64,000 nucleotides of DNA from IMG/VR virus record IMGVR_UViG_3300032087_002755, one strand, 5' to 3'. This document shows, one piece after another, positions 1 through 9,571 of the stretch (positions within the stretch are counted from its first letter, which is position 1; each line of letters opens with the position of its first letter). The position numbers and the translations under genes are program-made. Origin of the DNA: a virus. Under the pieces are notes generated by a model. The model made no database searches. It saw nothing but the letters and a program-made list of their open reading frames with translations, and was not told the DNA's origin.

Positions 1-1
1 C

Positions 2-211
2 TTCTATGCACTTCCCGAAGATATACAACATGTTCTCATAAACATGACTTTCAATTTAGGTGGAACTAGATTTGGTAAGTTTAATAATATGTGGAAAGGT
101 GTTGTTGAATGTGATTGGGAAAAGGTTGCAGTCGAAATGGAAGACAGCCGTTGGTTCAAACAAGTAGGAAGACGTTCAATCGAACTACAGGAGATTGTCA
201 GAAGTGTCTAA
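2..211 (+). CDS. T4-lysozyme-like (GH24) endolysin, C-terminal part (5' truncated by window)
   Basis: Frame 2 reads FYALPEDIQHVLINMTFNLGGTRFGKFNNM...DWEKVAVEMEDSRWFKQVGRRS...TAA; NMxFNLG and DSRWxxQVGxR are typical of T4-lysozyme-like proteins. Confidence 0.85.
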   Translation, partial: FYALPEDIQHVLINMTFNLGGTRFGKFNNMWKGVVECDWEKVAVEMEDSRWFKQVGRRSIELQEIVRSV

Positions 212-491
212 AGTAAAATGTATTAGACTTGACACTGGAGAAGTATTGATTGGTTTTGTTTCTACTTCACTAATCAGTGGTGATTATACAATCAGTGATG
301 CACAAATTTGTTTAACAAATACCGAAGACGGAAAGTATGAAGTTAACCTTGCACCATGGATTCCGTTTGCAAAAGAATATACATTCACAATAAATAAAGA
401 CTTAGTTCAAACAGTATTTGAACCAAGACCACAACTAGAAACTAACTTCAAAGTTGCAACTGGTAACAACAAAAGACAAAGGGGTAAATAA
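204..491 (+). CDS. small conserved phage protein, possible Sm-like fold
   Basis: IRLDTGEVLIG...LAPWIPFA pattern; lies just upstream of gp43; GTG start at 204 chosen by overlap with previous stop. Confidence 0.55.
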   Translation: MSKVKCIRLDTGEVLIGFVSTSLISGDYTISDAQICLTNTEDGKYEVNLAPWIPFAKEYTFTINKDLVQTVFEPRPQLETNFKVATGNNKRQRGK

Positions 492-724
492 TGGGAAGAG
501 AAACACTATTAAAAGCACTATTGAGTCAATATCAAGGTGAAATGGATATTGCAATGGCAAACATTGAAGTATACAAAAACAATCCAGCTGGTATTGGTGA
601 ACACCCCGACATTGCTCAAGCACTCGATACTCAAATTGAGAAACTTGCAAATGCAAAAGAAAAGTATGATGTCACTTATGACATTTTACACAACAAAAAC
701 AAAGTTACTACCTTGACAGAATAG
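491..724 (+). CDS. hypothetical protein
   Basis: ORF track; NPAGIGEHPDI motif; coupled TAATG start. Confidence 0.7.
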   Translation: MGRETLLKALLSQYQGEMDIAMANIEVYKNNPAGIGEHPDIAQALDTQIEKLANAKEKYDVTYDILHNKNKVTTLTE

Positions 725-742
725 ACCCCCTTGTAGTATAAT
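713..742 (+). promoter_or_regulatory. sigma70-like promoter for gp43 (ATG 6 nt after -10)
   Basis: TTGACA(713-718)-N18-TATAAT(737-742). Confidence 0.75.
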
Positions 743-748
743 AACTAC

Positions 749-3265
749 ATGGATTTCTATACTAACGTTTGCAGAACACGTGACAAAATACTTGTCAAAG
801 GCTACAAGAACGGGAAACAACAAAAACTAACAGTTTCCTACAGACCCAATCATTACATTCCTTCAAAGAAAGGAGACACCCCATTCAAATCATTAGACGG
901 AAGGTCACTGGAAGCAGTGAACCTAAACTCTATGGGTGGTGCAAGAAAGTTCAGAGAACAATACAATGGTGTAGACGGATTCGAAATCCATGGATACGAC
1001 AGATATATCTACACTTATATTGCAGATAAATTTCAAGGTGACATAGAGTTTGACTTAAAACATATAAAGATTGCAACACTTGATATTGAGTGTGAGTGTG
1101 AAGACGGATTTCCCGAACCAACTCTTGCAACTGAAAAGGTCAATGCAATCTCACTAAAACCACTTGGTAAAGATACACATGTTTTTGGTCTTGGGCCTTG
1201 GGAACACAACAGAACAGACGTAGTATATCATAACTGTAATAGTGAGGTTGACCTCTTAACTCAGTTTATCAAATACTGGAGACAAGAATCTTTTGATATC
1301 ATTACAGGTTGGAATGTAAACTCATTCGATATTACATATCTTTGTAATCGTATTGACAGAATACTAGGAGAGGGAGAACACAAGAAGCTTTCACCATGGA
1401 ATCAATGTGACGTGAGAGAATTCATGTCTAACTATGGTCAAAGACAAATGATATTTAATTTATATGGTGTCAACGTTCTTGACTATCTTGAACTCTATCG
1501 TAAACATACATTCGTAAATCAAGAATCCTACAAACTAGAAAACATTGCACAAGTAGAACTTGGAACAGGTAAACTAGATTACTCAGAGTATGGAAATCTA
1601 CATACACTCTACAAACAGGACTATGCAAAATTCTTAGAATATAATGTCAAAGACGTTGTCCTTGTTGAACAACTAGAAGAAAAACTTGGTCTGATTGAAT
1701 TGACTTGTGCAATGTCATACAATGCAAAGTGTAATTACAACGACACTTTCGGAATGGTGAAGTATTGGGAAACTATTATTTACAACTTCCTTAAAGAACA
1801 AAACATACAAACACCACCCCAAAGATTAAAGAGTGGTAATGATAAAACACACCAAATTATTGGTGCATATGTTAAAGACCCAATTGTCGGTGGACATGAC
1901 TGGGTTGTCTCTTTTGACTTGAACTCACTGTATCCACATATCATTATGCAATACAATATCTCACCCGAGAAAATGATAAAGGGAAACAGACAAGACTTGA
2001 CCATTGACAGAATGTTAAACAAAGAATGTGATTTATCTTATGTCTATCAACAAGGTCATGCAGTATGTCCAAACGGTGTAATGTATTCTAAAAACAAACA
2101 GGGATTTCTTCCCGAACTCATGGAAAAATTCTATGACGAAAGAAAAGAGTGGAAGAAGAAAATGATTGGTTATCAGAAAGAACGAGAAGTCTGTAAAGAA
2201 CCCAAACGTAAGAAAGAACTTGATACACTTATTAAACGTGCATATAACAATCAACAGGTTCGTAAGATTGCACTGAACTCTGCATATGGAGCTCTTGCAA
2301 ATCAATACTTTGCATTCTTTTCTATTGACCTTGCAGAATCAATTACTACCAGTGGTCAGTTAATTATCAAATGGGCAGAGAAGACCATTAACGAATTCTT
2401 AAACAAGACACTTAATACAGAAGGTGAAGACTATGTGATTGCAATGGATACTGATTCAGTTTATATCACTATGGATAAACTGGTTAAACAAGTGTTACCC
2501 GAAGAAACAGACAAGACTAAGATTGTAGATTTCCTAAACAAATCAGAGGGAATGATTGAACAAGTTCTTGCACGTGGTTTTGACGACCTTGCAGAATACA
2601 CCAATGCATTCCAACAGAAAATGCAAATGGGACGTGAGGTAATTGCAGACAGAGGTATTTGGACTGCAAAGAAAAGATACATTCTCAATGTTCACGATAA
2701 CGAAGGTGTCAGACTTGCAGAACCTAAACTTAAAATGATGGGTATTGAGACTGCAAAGTCTTCTACACCTCAATGGGTCAGAACCAAACTAACAGAAGCC
2801 TTAAAGGTGGTTATGAATGGAACTGAACAAGACCTATGGGAGTTCGTAGAGACTGCACGAAAAGAATTTAGAAACCTTCCACCCGAAGAAGTTGCATTCC
2901 CAAGAGGTGTTAAAAACCTCGTAACCTATTCAGACCCAGCTCATATTTACGGAAAGGGTACACCAATTCATGTTCGAGGTTCACTTCTACACAATCATTT
3001 ACTGAAATCCAAGAACCTCAACATGAGATATGAAATGATTAAGAACTCAGACAAGATTCGTTTTGCATATCTCACAACCCCAAATCCAATCAATGAAAAT
3101 GTAATTGCATTCTCAAGTTCTTTACCAAGAGAGTTAGACTTACATAGATTCATTGATTATGATATGCAGTTTGATAAAGCATTTAATGAACCATTAAAGA
3201 ATATTGTTAATCTAATCAACTGGAATGTAGAACCAGTTGCAAGTTTAGATTCGTTCTTTGGTTAG
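749..3265 (+). CDS. gp43: family B DNA polymerase
   Basis: Exo motifs DIECE and GWNxxxFDITY; pol motifs SFDLNSLYP, KIALNSAYG, MDTDS, KKRY; C-terminal clamp-binding SLDSFF. Confidence 0.98.
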   Translation: MDFYTNVCRTRDKILVKGYKNGKQQKLTVSYRPNHYIPSKKGDTPFKSLDGRSLEAVNLNSMGGARKFREQYNGVDGFEIHGYDRYIYTYIADKFQGDIEFDLKHIKIATLDIECECEDGFPEPTLATEKVNAISLKPLGKDTHVFGLGPWEHNRTDVVYHNCNSEVDLLTQFIKYWRQESFDIITGWNVNSFDITYLCNRIDRILGEGEHKKLSPWNQCDVREFMSNYGQRQMIFNLYGVNVLDYLELYRKHTFVNQESYKLENIAQVELGTGKLDYSEYGNLHTLYKQDYAKFLEYNVKDVVLVEQLEEKLGLIELTCAMSYNAKCNYNDTFGMVKYWETIIYNFLKEQNIQTPPQRLKSGNDKTHQIIGAYVKDPIVGGHDWVVSFDLNSLYPHIIMQYNISPEKMIKGNRQDLTIDRMLNKECDLSYVYQQGHAVCPNGVMYSKNKQGFLPELMEKFYDERKEWKKKMIGYQKEREVCKEPKRKKELDTLIKRAYNNQQVRKIALNSAYGALANQYFAFFSIDLAESITTSGQLIIKWAEKTINEFLNKTLNTEGEDYVIAMDTDSVYITMDKLVKQVLPEETDKTKIVDFLNKSEGMIEQVLARGFDDLAEYTNAFQQKMQMGREVIADRGIWTAKKRYILNVHDNEGVRLAEPKLKMMGIETAKSSTPQWVRTKLTEALKVVMNGTEQDLWEFVETARKEFRNLPPEEVAFPRGVKNLVTYSDPAHIYGKGTPIHVRGSLLHNHLLKSKNLNMRYEMIKNSDKIRFAYLTTPNPINENVIAFSSSLPRELDLHRFIDYDMQFDKAFNEPLKNIVNLINWNVEPVASLDSFFG

Positions 3266-3273
3266 GAGACACT

Positions 3274-3447
3274 ATGAAACACATGATACGTTGGATGAAG
3301 ATTAATGCATTTATTAATCTATATCTTGGAATAATTTTAACATTCGTTTTGATTGCACTGGTAGTGGATATTACACTGGACAGTTATTGGCATTCAAACG
3401 ACTTCAAAGATTTACTTTTAGGTAAAGATGTGGCACCTACTGATTAG
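3274..3447 (+). CDS. small membrane protein (57 aa, below ORF-track cutoff)
   Basis: SD AGGAG, ATG 3274; hydrophobic stretch FINLYLGIILTFVLIALVV. Confidence 0.6.
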   Translation: MKHMIRWMKINAFINLYLGIILTFVLIALVVDITLDSYWHSNDFKDLLLGKDVAPTD

Positions 3448-3670
3448 TATAAAGTTTTATGTGTATAGTGTATCGACTGCACATACACTGATAATGTTTT
3501 ATATGTTCCCAATTATACCAATTGCAATAGGTTATATACTTCTTGCAGCTGCAATAGGTGGTTTTGGTTTGTATATTGCATATGATTACGATAGAACATT
3601 CACTCAATACAAGAAAACTCAAAACCCGATGGATTGGGACTTGTTTGACACTAAATACCATAGGAGTTAG
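3428..3670 (+). CDS. small membrane protein
   Basis: Two hydrophobic segments; overlaps previous ORF. Confidence 0.55.
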   Translation: MWHLLISIKFYVYSVSTAHTLIMFYMFPIIPIAIGYILLAAAIGGFGLYIAYDYDRTFTQYKKTQNPMDWDLFDTKYHRS

Positions 3671-3717
3671 ATTCTCAGTTGGAGGTCTAATGAAATTAAT
3701 CCATAACGGAGTAAACA

Positions 3718-3993
3718 ATGAAAATAGCATATATTGCTATTTTTGTGGGTATATTACTTCCTTCTTGTGCCTCAGTTGGAGCAGTTATTGAAGGTGGTAA
3801 AGAGTTTACAACTGGTGTTGTCGATGGTGCAGTTCAAGGAACTCAAACATTGGTAAATGCAGTTGCAGATGATGTAGTCTCAGTTGGAACTTTAGCAGCT
3901 AATACTGCAACAGGTGTTGTTAACACTGTAGCAGACGAAGTTGATAGACAGACAGATGAACTACAAGAGGAAGAGAAAACTGAAAAAAAGTAG
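3718..3993 (+). CDS. lipoprotein (short isoform; see frameshift finding)
   Basis: SD GGAG; signal peptide ending LLPS-C lipobox; amphipathic Val/Ala/Gly-rich body; acidic tail. Confidence 0.8.
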   Translation: MKIAYIAIFVGILLPSCASVGAVIEGGKEFTTGVVDGAVQGTQTLVNAVADDVVSVGTLAANTATGVVNTVADEVDRQTDELQEEEKTEKK

Positions 3994-4085
3994 AGGAGGT
4001 CATTCCGACAGTTGTATTACTGGAGGCTATGATGCTCTATTGTTCAGAGTTCCCACAAAAATGTAGAACTAGAAGAGGGAACTAG
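3984..4085 (+). other. putative -1 programmed ribosomal frameshift site and -1 frame extension
   Basis: In-frame A_AAA_AAG (3984-3990) directly before TAG; AGAGGA 12 nt upstream; hairpin 3996-4037; -1 frame open to 4085. Confidence 0.65.
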
Positions 4086-4101
4086 TAGTTCCCTCTTTTT
4101 T
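4073..4101 (+). terminator. Rho-independent terminator
   Basis: AAGAGGGAACT-AGT-AGTTCCCTCTT followed by T-run. Confidence 0.85.
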
Positions 4102-4120
4102 ATTAACATAAATAAATATA

Positions 4121-4540
4121 ATGGCATATAGTAAACAAGTAGTAGATAGATTCGAAGAGGTTTTAAATAACCCCGAGAAACATGCAGTCGGAAGATTTGA
4201 CCCTAAAGACCCAATGGTCGCAACGGGTATGACTGGAGCTCCTGCTTGTGGTGATGTCATGAAACTTCAATTGAAGTTAGACATGGACGAGAGAATCGTT
4301 GATGTTAAATTTAAAACATATGGTTGTGGAAGTGCTATTGCAAGTTCTTCTTTGTTTGTTGACATGCTTACAGGTAAAACTATCGAAGAAGCAAAACTAG
4401 TTAAAGATAAAGACATTGCAGAAGCATTAGAACTACCACCAATCAAATTACATTGTTCTGTTCTTGCAGAAGACAGTATAAGAAAAGCAATAGAAAACTG
4501 GGAAGAAAAATCTTCTCATAGGAAACATAATTATGTATGA
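4121..4540 (+). CDS. iscU: Fe-S cluster scaffold IscU/NifU
   Basis: GAPACGDVMKLQ, FKTYGCGSAIASSS, LELPPIKLHCSVLAEDSI; all three Cys ligands present. Confidence 0.95.
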   Translation: MAYSKQVVDRFEEVLNNPEKHAVGRFDPKDPMVATGMTGAPACGDVMKLQLKLDMDERIVDVKFKTYGCGSAIASSSLFVDMLTGKTIEEAKLVKDKDIAEALELPPIKLHCSVLAEDSIRKAIENWEEKSSHRKHNYV

Positions 4541-4994
4541 GTATAAAGTAACAGTAGTCAAAGTCGTAGATGGAGACACTATTGATGTGGATATCGATTT
4601 AGGTTTTGGTATGGTTTACAAAAAACAAAGAGTTAGAATGTTGGGTATTGACACGCCAGAATCTAGAACTAGAGATAAAGTCGAAAAATTATTTGGTAAA
4701 GCAAGTAAGAAACACCTTAAAAAATTACTAGAGGAGTGTGAAAGTGTATCACTTGTATCACACGACAAAGGTAAATTTGGTAGAATCCTTGGTGAGTTAT
4801 TTACACACCACGTAGAAGGTCACCCAGTATTTGGTCATAAAGTTAATATCAACAAACAAATGATATTAGATTCACATGCAGTTCCTTACACTGGAGACAG
4901 TAAAGACCTAATTGAAGAACAACACTTGGATAACAGACAAAGAGTTATGCACCAAGGTTATGTAACACAAGAGGATATAGATAAAGTATCATGA
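4533..4994 (+). CDS. thermonuclease (SNase) family protein
   Basis: VVDGDTIDV, RVRMLGIDTPESR, GKFGRILG. Confidence 0.9.
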   Translation: MYEYKVTVVKVVDGDTIDVDIDLGFGMVYKKQRVRMLGIDTPESRTRDKVEKLFGKASKKHLKKLLEECESVSLVSHDKGKFGRILGELFTHHVEGHPVFGHKVNINKQMILDSHAVPYTGDSKDLIEEQHLDNRQRVMHQGYVTQEDIDKVS

Positions 4995-5161
4995 TTATAA
5001 CAATAATGGACTGTTTCTATATCTTTATGATTGCAATAATCTTTGGATTTATTATACACCTAGAATCTAAAGTTAATCAACTTGTTTCTATGATGGAAGA
5101 ACATATCAAGGTTGACCAAAAACTTTGTGAAATTTCAAACAAATTAGACAAAACCCCCTAG
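4991..5161 (+). CDS. small membrane-anchored protein (56 aa)
   Basis: ATGA overlap with previous stop; N-terminal hydrophobic helix. Confidence 0.5.
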   Translation: MIITIMDCFYIFMIAIIFGFIIHLESKVNQLVSMMEEHIKVDQKLCEISNKLDKTP

Positions 5162-5213
5162 ACAATAACGGACTACATATGTATAATAGAGTTATACATT
5201 ATGGAGAAGTGTT

Positions 5214-6266
5214 ATGTCATTTATTAAAGATTTAGTCAAATCAACTGGAAACGAATATGCAAATATAGTTTCAGATGGTGTGGCTGCTGGAGACGTAGAT
5301 ACATTCGTAGATACGGGTAGTTATGTCTTCAATTCACTTTTGAGTGGTTCACTATATGGTGGACTTCCCTCAAACAAAATCACTGCAATCGCAGGTGAAT
5401 CTGCAACAGGAAAAACTTACTTTGCCTTGGGTATGGTAAAACAATTCCTTGAAGACCACCCCGATTCTGCAGTTATCTATTTCGAATCTGAATCTGCAAT
5501 CAGTAAATCAATGATTGAAGATAGAGGAATCGATTCAAAAAGAATGGTTATCGTGCCTGTGGTCACTGTTCAAGAATTCAGAAAACAGGCAATATCCATA
5601 CTTGATAAGTATCTTGAAACACCCAAGGATAAGAGACCACCTATGATGATGTGTCTTGACTCACTTGGAATGTTATCAACTACTAAAGAAATCGAGGACA
5701 CTGCCGAGGGTAAAGAAACCCGAGACATGACTCGTGCTCAAGTTGTTAAAGGTGCATTCAGAGTTCTAACACTTAAGTTAGGACGTGCTGGTGTTCCAAT
5801 GATTGTAACTAATCACACTTATGACGTGATTGGTTCTATGTTCCCTCAGAAAGAAATGGGTGGTGGAAGTGGTCTCAAATATGCAGCCTCTTCAATTATC
5901 TATCTTTCAAAGAAAAAAGAGAAGGAAGGAACAGAAGTCGTTGGTAATATCATTCATTGTAAGAATGCAAAATCTAGATTGACTGTAGAAAATAGAATAG
6001 TTGACGTAAGACTATCTTATGACAGTGGACTAGATAGATACTATGGTCTTTTAGACCTTGCACTTGCAAGTGGAATCTTTGAGAAAAGTTCTACTCGTAT
6101 CAAACTACCAAATGGTAAAACAGAATTTGGTAAAACAATTAATAACAACCCCGAGAAATACTTTACACCCGATGTAATGGAAAGACTCGAAACAGTAGTA
6201 GAAGGATACTTTAAATATGGAAACACGAATAGAACAGACGATACTGAAGAACCTAGTTCAGAATGA
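5214..6266 (+). CDS. uvsX: RecA-like recombinase UvsX
   Basis: Walker [27 protein letters not shown]; adjacent to gp41. Confidence 0.95.
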   Translation: MSFIKDLVKSTGNEYANIVSDGVAAGDVDTFVDTGSYVFNSLLSGSLYGGLPSNKITAIAGESATGKTYFALGMVKQFLEDHPDSAVIYFESESAISKSMIEDRGIDSKRMVIVPVVTVQEFRKQAISILDKYLETPKDKRPPMMMCLDSLGMLSTTKEIEDTAEGKETRDMTRAQVVKGAFRVLTLKLGRAGVPMIVTNHTYDVIGSMFPQKEMGGGSGLKYAASSIIYLSKKKEKEGTEVVGNIIHCKNAKSRLTVENRIVDVRLSYDSGLDRYYGLLDLALASGIFEKSSTRIKLPNGKTEFGKTINNNPEKYFTPDVMERLETVVEGYFKYGNTNRTDDTEEPSSE

Positions 6267-7614
6267 AGAGTTTGCACGAAAGTGCGTCCCATTCATTAAG
6301 TCCGAGTATTTTGCCGATACTGATGAAAGAACTGTATTCAATGAAATACATGAATACTTTCAGAAGTATATCAAATCCCCAACTGTAGAAGCACTTCTCA
6401 TAAATCTTGAAAACAATTCTTCTCTTAACGAGAGTATTGCAAAAGGTTCAAAAACTATAGTTGATAAGATTGGTAAAGATAAGGAGACCACACCAAGTGA
6501 GTGGTTAGTGGAAGAAACGGAGAAATGGTGTAAAGATAGAGCAATCTATATTGCAGTCATGGATTCGATTGAAGTCATTGACAAGAAATCACAAAGGTCT
6601 ACTGGTGAAATACCCGAACTATTGAAAGACGCACTTTCCGTGTCCTTTGACACAAACATTGGACATGACGTGTTAGAAGACTCAGATGCAAGATGGGAAT
6701 TCTATCATACGGAAGAAGAGAAGATTCCGTTTGACTTAGAATACTTCAACAAGATTACCAAAGGTGGATTACCAAACAAAACACTTAACATTGTTCTTGC
6801 TGGAACTGGTGTTGGTAAATCATTGTTTATGTGTCACCAAGCTGCTTCATGTCTTATGATGAACAAGAATGTTTTATACATTACACTAGAAATGTCAGAG
6901 GAAAGGATTGCAGAGAGAATAGATGCAAACACTATGAATGTTCCTATGAAAGAATTACCCGACTTGTCTAAGAAAATGTTTGAGAAGAAAGTTGATAAAC
7001 TGAAAAACAAAACTAAAGGTAAACTTATAGTCAAAGAATATCCAACTGCAACTGCACATGTAGGACACTTCAGACACCTATTACAAGAATTGGATATCAA
7101 AAAAGACTTTCAACCCGATATTATATTTGTAGATTATCTGAACATATGTGCTTCACATAGAATCAAGCCAGGAGCTGGTGCAAACTCATACACACTAGTA
7201 AAGAGTATTGCAGAGGAACTCAGAGGTCTTGCAGTGGAGTTTGACGTTCCATTAGTCAGTGCAACACAAACCACAAGAAGTGGATTTGGTTCTACAGATA
7301 TAGGACTTGAAGATACTTCAGAATCCTTTGGATTGCCTGCAACTGCAGACTTAATGTTTGCATTGATTACCAGTGACGAACTAGAAGAACTAGACCAACT
7401 CGTAGTGAAACAGTTAAAGAACAGATACAATGACCCTACAATCTTCAAAAGATTTGTAATCGGTATTGATAGAAGTAGAATGAAACTCTATGATTGTGAA
7501 CAAGAAGCTCAAGAAGAGTTATTTGAGAATACTGAGAGTTATAATGACGACACTCCAGTGTTTGATAGAGGAAGGAATGATGGTCAAAAAAGGGACTTTA
7601 ACGACTTCAAATAA
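6217..7614 (+). CDS. gp41: replicative DnaB-like helicase
   Basis: [43 protein letters not shown]. Confidence 0.97.
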   Translation: METRIEQTILKNLVQNEEFARKCVPFIKSEYFADTDERTVFNEIHEYFQKYIKSPTVEALLINLENNSSLNESIAKGSKTIVDKIGKDKETTPSEWLVEETEKWCKDRAIYIAVMDSIEVIDKKSQRSTGEIPELLKDALSVSFDTNIGHDVLEDSDARWEFYHTEEEKIPFDLEYFNKITKGGLPNKTLNIVLAGTGVGKSLFMCHQAASCLMMNKNVLYITLEMSEERIAERIDANTMNVPMKELPDLSKKMFEKKVDKLKNKTKGKLIVKEYPTATAHVGHFRHLLQELDIKKDFQPDIIFVDYLNICASHRIKPGAGANSYTLVKSIAEELRGLAVEFDVPLVSATQTTRSGFGSTDIGLEDTSESFGLPATADLMFALITSDELEELDQLVVKQLKNRYNDPTIFKRFVIGIDRSRMKLYDCEQEAQEELFENTESYNDDTPVFDRGRNDGQKRDFNDFK

Positions 7615-7661
7615 AAACCCTCTTTACAGACCACCTAAATAATGTTATACTAGATGGTTCT

Positions 7662-7838
7662 ATGAAGAAAGTGATAAAAGGTTCAGAGGTTATTTCAAGT
7701 ATAACCGAAAAAATTGAACTCAAAAAACAATTGAGAGATGCACGTGCATCTAAAGATATTAAAGAAATTGATAAGATTTCTAAAAAAATTGCAAAAATAG
7801 AGACAAAACTATCTTCCTCACCCCTTGCAAAATCCTAA
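7662..7838 (+). CDS. small basic coiled-coil protein (58 aa)
   Basis: Open frame MKKVIKGSE...LAKS downstream of a TATACT box. Confidence 0.5.
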   Translation: MKKVIKGSEVISSITEKIELKKQLRDARASKDIKEIDKISKKIAKIETKLSSSPLAKS

Positions 7839-7883
7839 ATAATAACATAGATTACATACACTATAGTTAATCACGGAGAAGAT

Positions 7884-8321
7884 ATGTCAAGAGAAACAGC
7901 AAAAACCCAATTAGAATCTGATATTGCAGCTTTAAATTCCAATAAAAATTGGTATAAAGGTGTAAGTGGTACTTATTCTGTTGTATCACAACCTAATTCA
8001 AGTGATTTTGGTGCTGATAAAACAACAGTAAGTTTATCAGATTGGACAGGTACAGGTAGAACTGGTTGGTTAACTGCATGGAAAACTGCAAATTCTTCAG
8101 TAACTAAAGACGATTCACATAGTTTCCCTGCTGATATTGCCGATTACTCACATACAGATTACTTGCAACATTATTTCAGAAGACATGAAGATATGGGTTC
8201 AGACTATGCTGATGACCATAAAGTCGTAACAGACATAGATGCAAATATCGCTGCACTTCAAACAGACTTAGATGCTATCAATGCATCTATAGCTGCTGGT
8301 GAAGAAGACCTAGGGTCATAA
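7884..8321 (+). CDS. hypothetical late protein
   Basis: Late-promoter-like CCTAAATA at ~7834; SD GGAG. Confidence 0.7.
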   Translation: MSRETAKTQLESDIAALNSNKNWYKGVSGTYSVVSQPNSSDFGADKTTVSLSDWTGTGRTGWLTAWKTANSSVTKDDSHSFPADIADYSHTDYLQHYFRRHEDMGSDYADDHKVVTDIDANIAALQTDLDAINASIAAGEEDLGS

Positions 8322-8371
8322 ATTTCCATAAATAGTAGTAATATCACCAAGATTGTGGTATAATTACTATT

Positions 8372-9571
8372 ATGGGTGCAAAAAATCTACATTTAGAACA
8401 TTTAGAAGACGAGATTATCAATCAAGGGATTGATGGTGGTCGTGGTGCTATAAACTTCTTACAGGGTCTTAGAGACATGTTGAAGGGTAATAGTAATTCA
8501 AGTGTTAATATGACAGTCAAATGGGACGGAGCTCCTGCTATCTTTTGTGGTAAACACCCCGAAACCAATCAATTCTTTGTTGCAAAGAAATCATTATTCA
8601 ATAAAGAACCTAAATTCTATACTTCAGAACATGAAATTAAAAACTCAGACCTTTCGGGTCAATTACAAGAAAAGTTTCTAACTTCATTCCAATGTCTATC
8701 TAAACTATCTTGGAATACAATCATGCAAGGTGATTTAATGTATACCAATGATAAGAAAATGCAAAAGATTGACGGACAATCTTTCGTCACATTTCAACCT
8801 AATACAATCATGTATGCAGTCAATGTAGAATCAGATTTAGGTAAAAAGATTGCAAACTCTAAAATGGGAATCGTATTTCACACTACCTATAGTGGTGGAA
8901 CTATAGAAGACCTATCTGCAAGTTTTGGTGCAAACATATCCAAACTAGGAAACAGTTCAGACGTGTGGATTGACGATGCAACATACAAAGATGTCAGTGG
9001 TAAAGGGTCAATGACTGCAAAGGAAACACTTGCACTTACACAAGAACTATCTAAAACAGGTAAAGCCTTTCATGGAATCAAAAGAAAGGATTTAGATAAG
9101 TTCCAAAAAATACAGGAAGAGATAGGTAGAAAAGGTGCTGGTGCATCATACAAAACATATTGTAATACACTTATCAGAGGTGGTTCATACAAACCAACCT
9201 ATGACGGATACATGAAACACTTTGAGAACTATTGGAGAGACAAAGTAGTTGGTAAAGTCAAAACAGAAAAAACAAAACAGATTAAAACAGAGATTGGTGA
9301 ACAACTTTATAACGAACTCAGAAGTTTAAAGAAAATGATAACTAATCTTACTTCATTTATGGGACACTTGGTTGTTGCAAAACAAATGATTATAGAATCC
9401 CTAAATAGAGTAAAGAGTATCGGAACTTTTAAAAAGACTGCAACAGGTTTCGAGGTAGTTAACCCCGAAGGTTATGTTGCAATTGATAGAACAGGTAGTG
9501 CAGTTAAACTCGTAGATAGAATGGAATTTGCATTCAATAACTTCACTGCACAAAAAGCGTGGGATAAGTAA
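8372..9571 (+). CDS. conserved T4-like phage protein (DUF6267-like) with ligase-type nucleotidyltransferase motifs
   Basis: KNLHLEHLED N-terminus; TVKWDG (motif I-like), QGDLMY, PEGYV, AVKLV. Confidence 0.7.
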   Translation: MGAKNLHLEHLEDEIINQGIDGGRGAINFLQGLRDMLKGNSNSSVNMTVKWDGAPAIFCGKHPETNQFFVAKKSLFNKEPKFYTSEHEIKNSDLSGQLQEKFLTSFQCLSKLSWNTIMQGDLMYTNDKKMQKIDGQSFVTFQPNTIMYAVNVESDLGKKIANSKMGIVFHTTYSGGTIEDLSASFGANISKLGNSSDVWIDDATYKDVSGKGSMTAKETLALTQELSKTGKAFHGIKRKDLDKFQKIQEEIGRKGAGASYKTYCNTLIRGGSYKPTYDGYMKHFENYWRDKVVGKVKTEKTKQIKTEIGEQLYNELRSLKKMITNLTSFMGHLVVAKQMIIESLNRVKSIGTFKKTATGFEVVNPEGYVAIDRTGSAVKLVDRMEFAFNNFTAQKAWDK

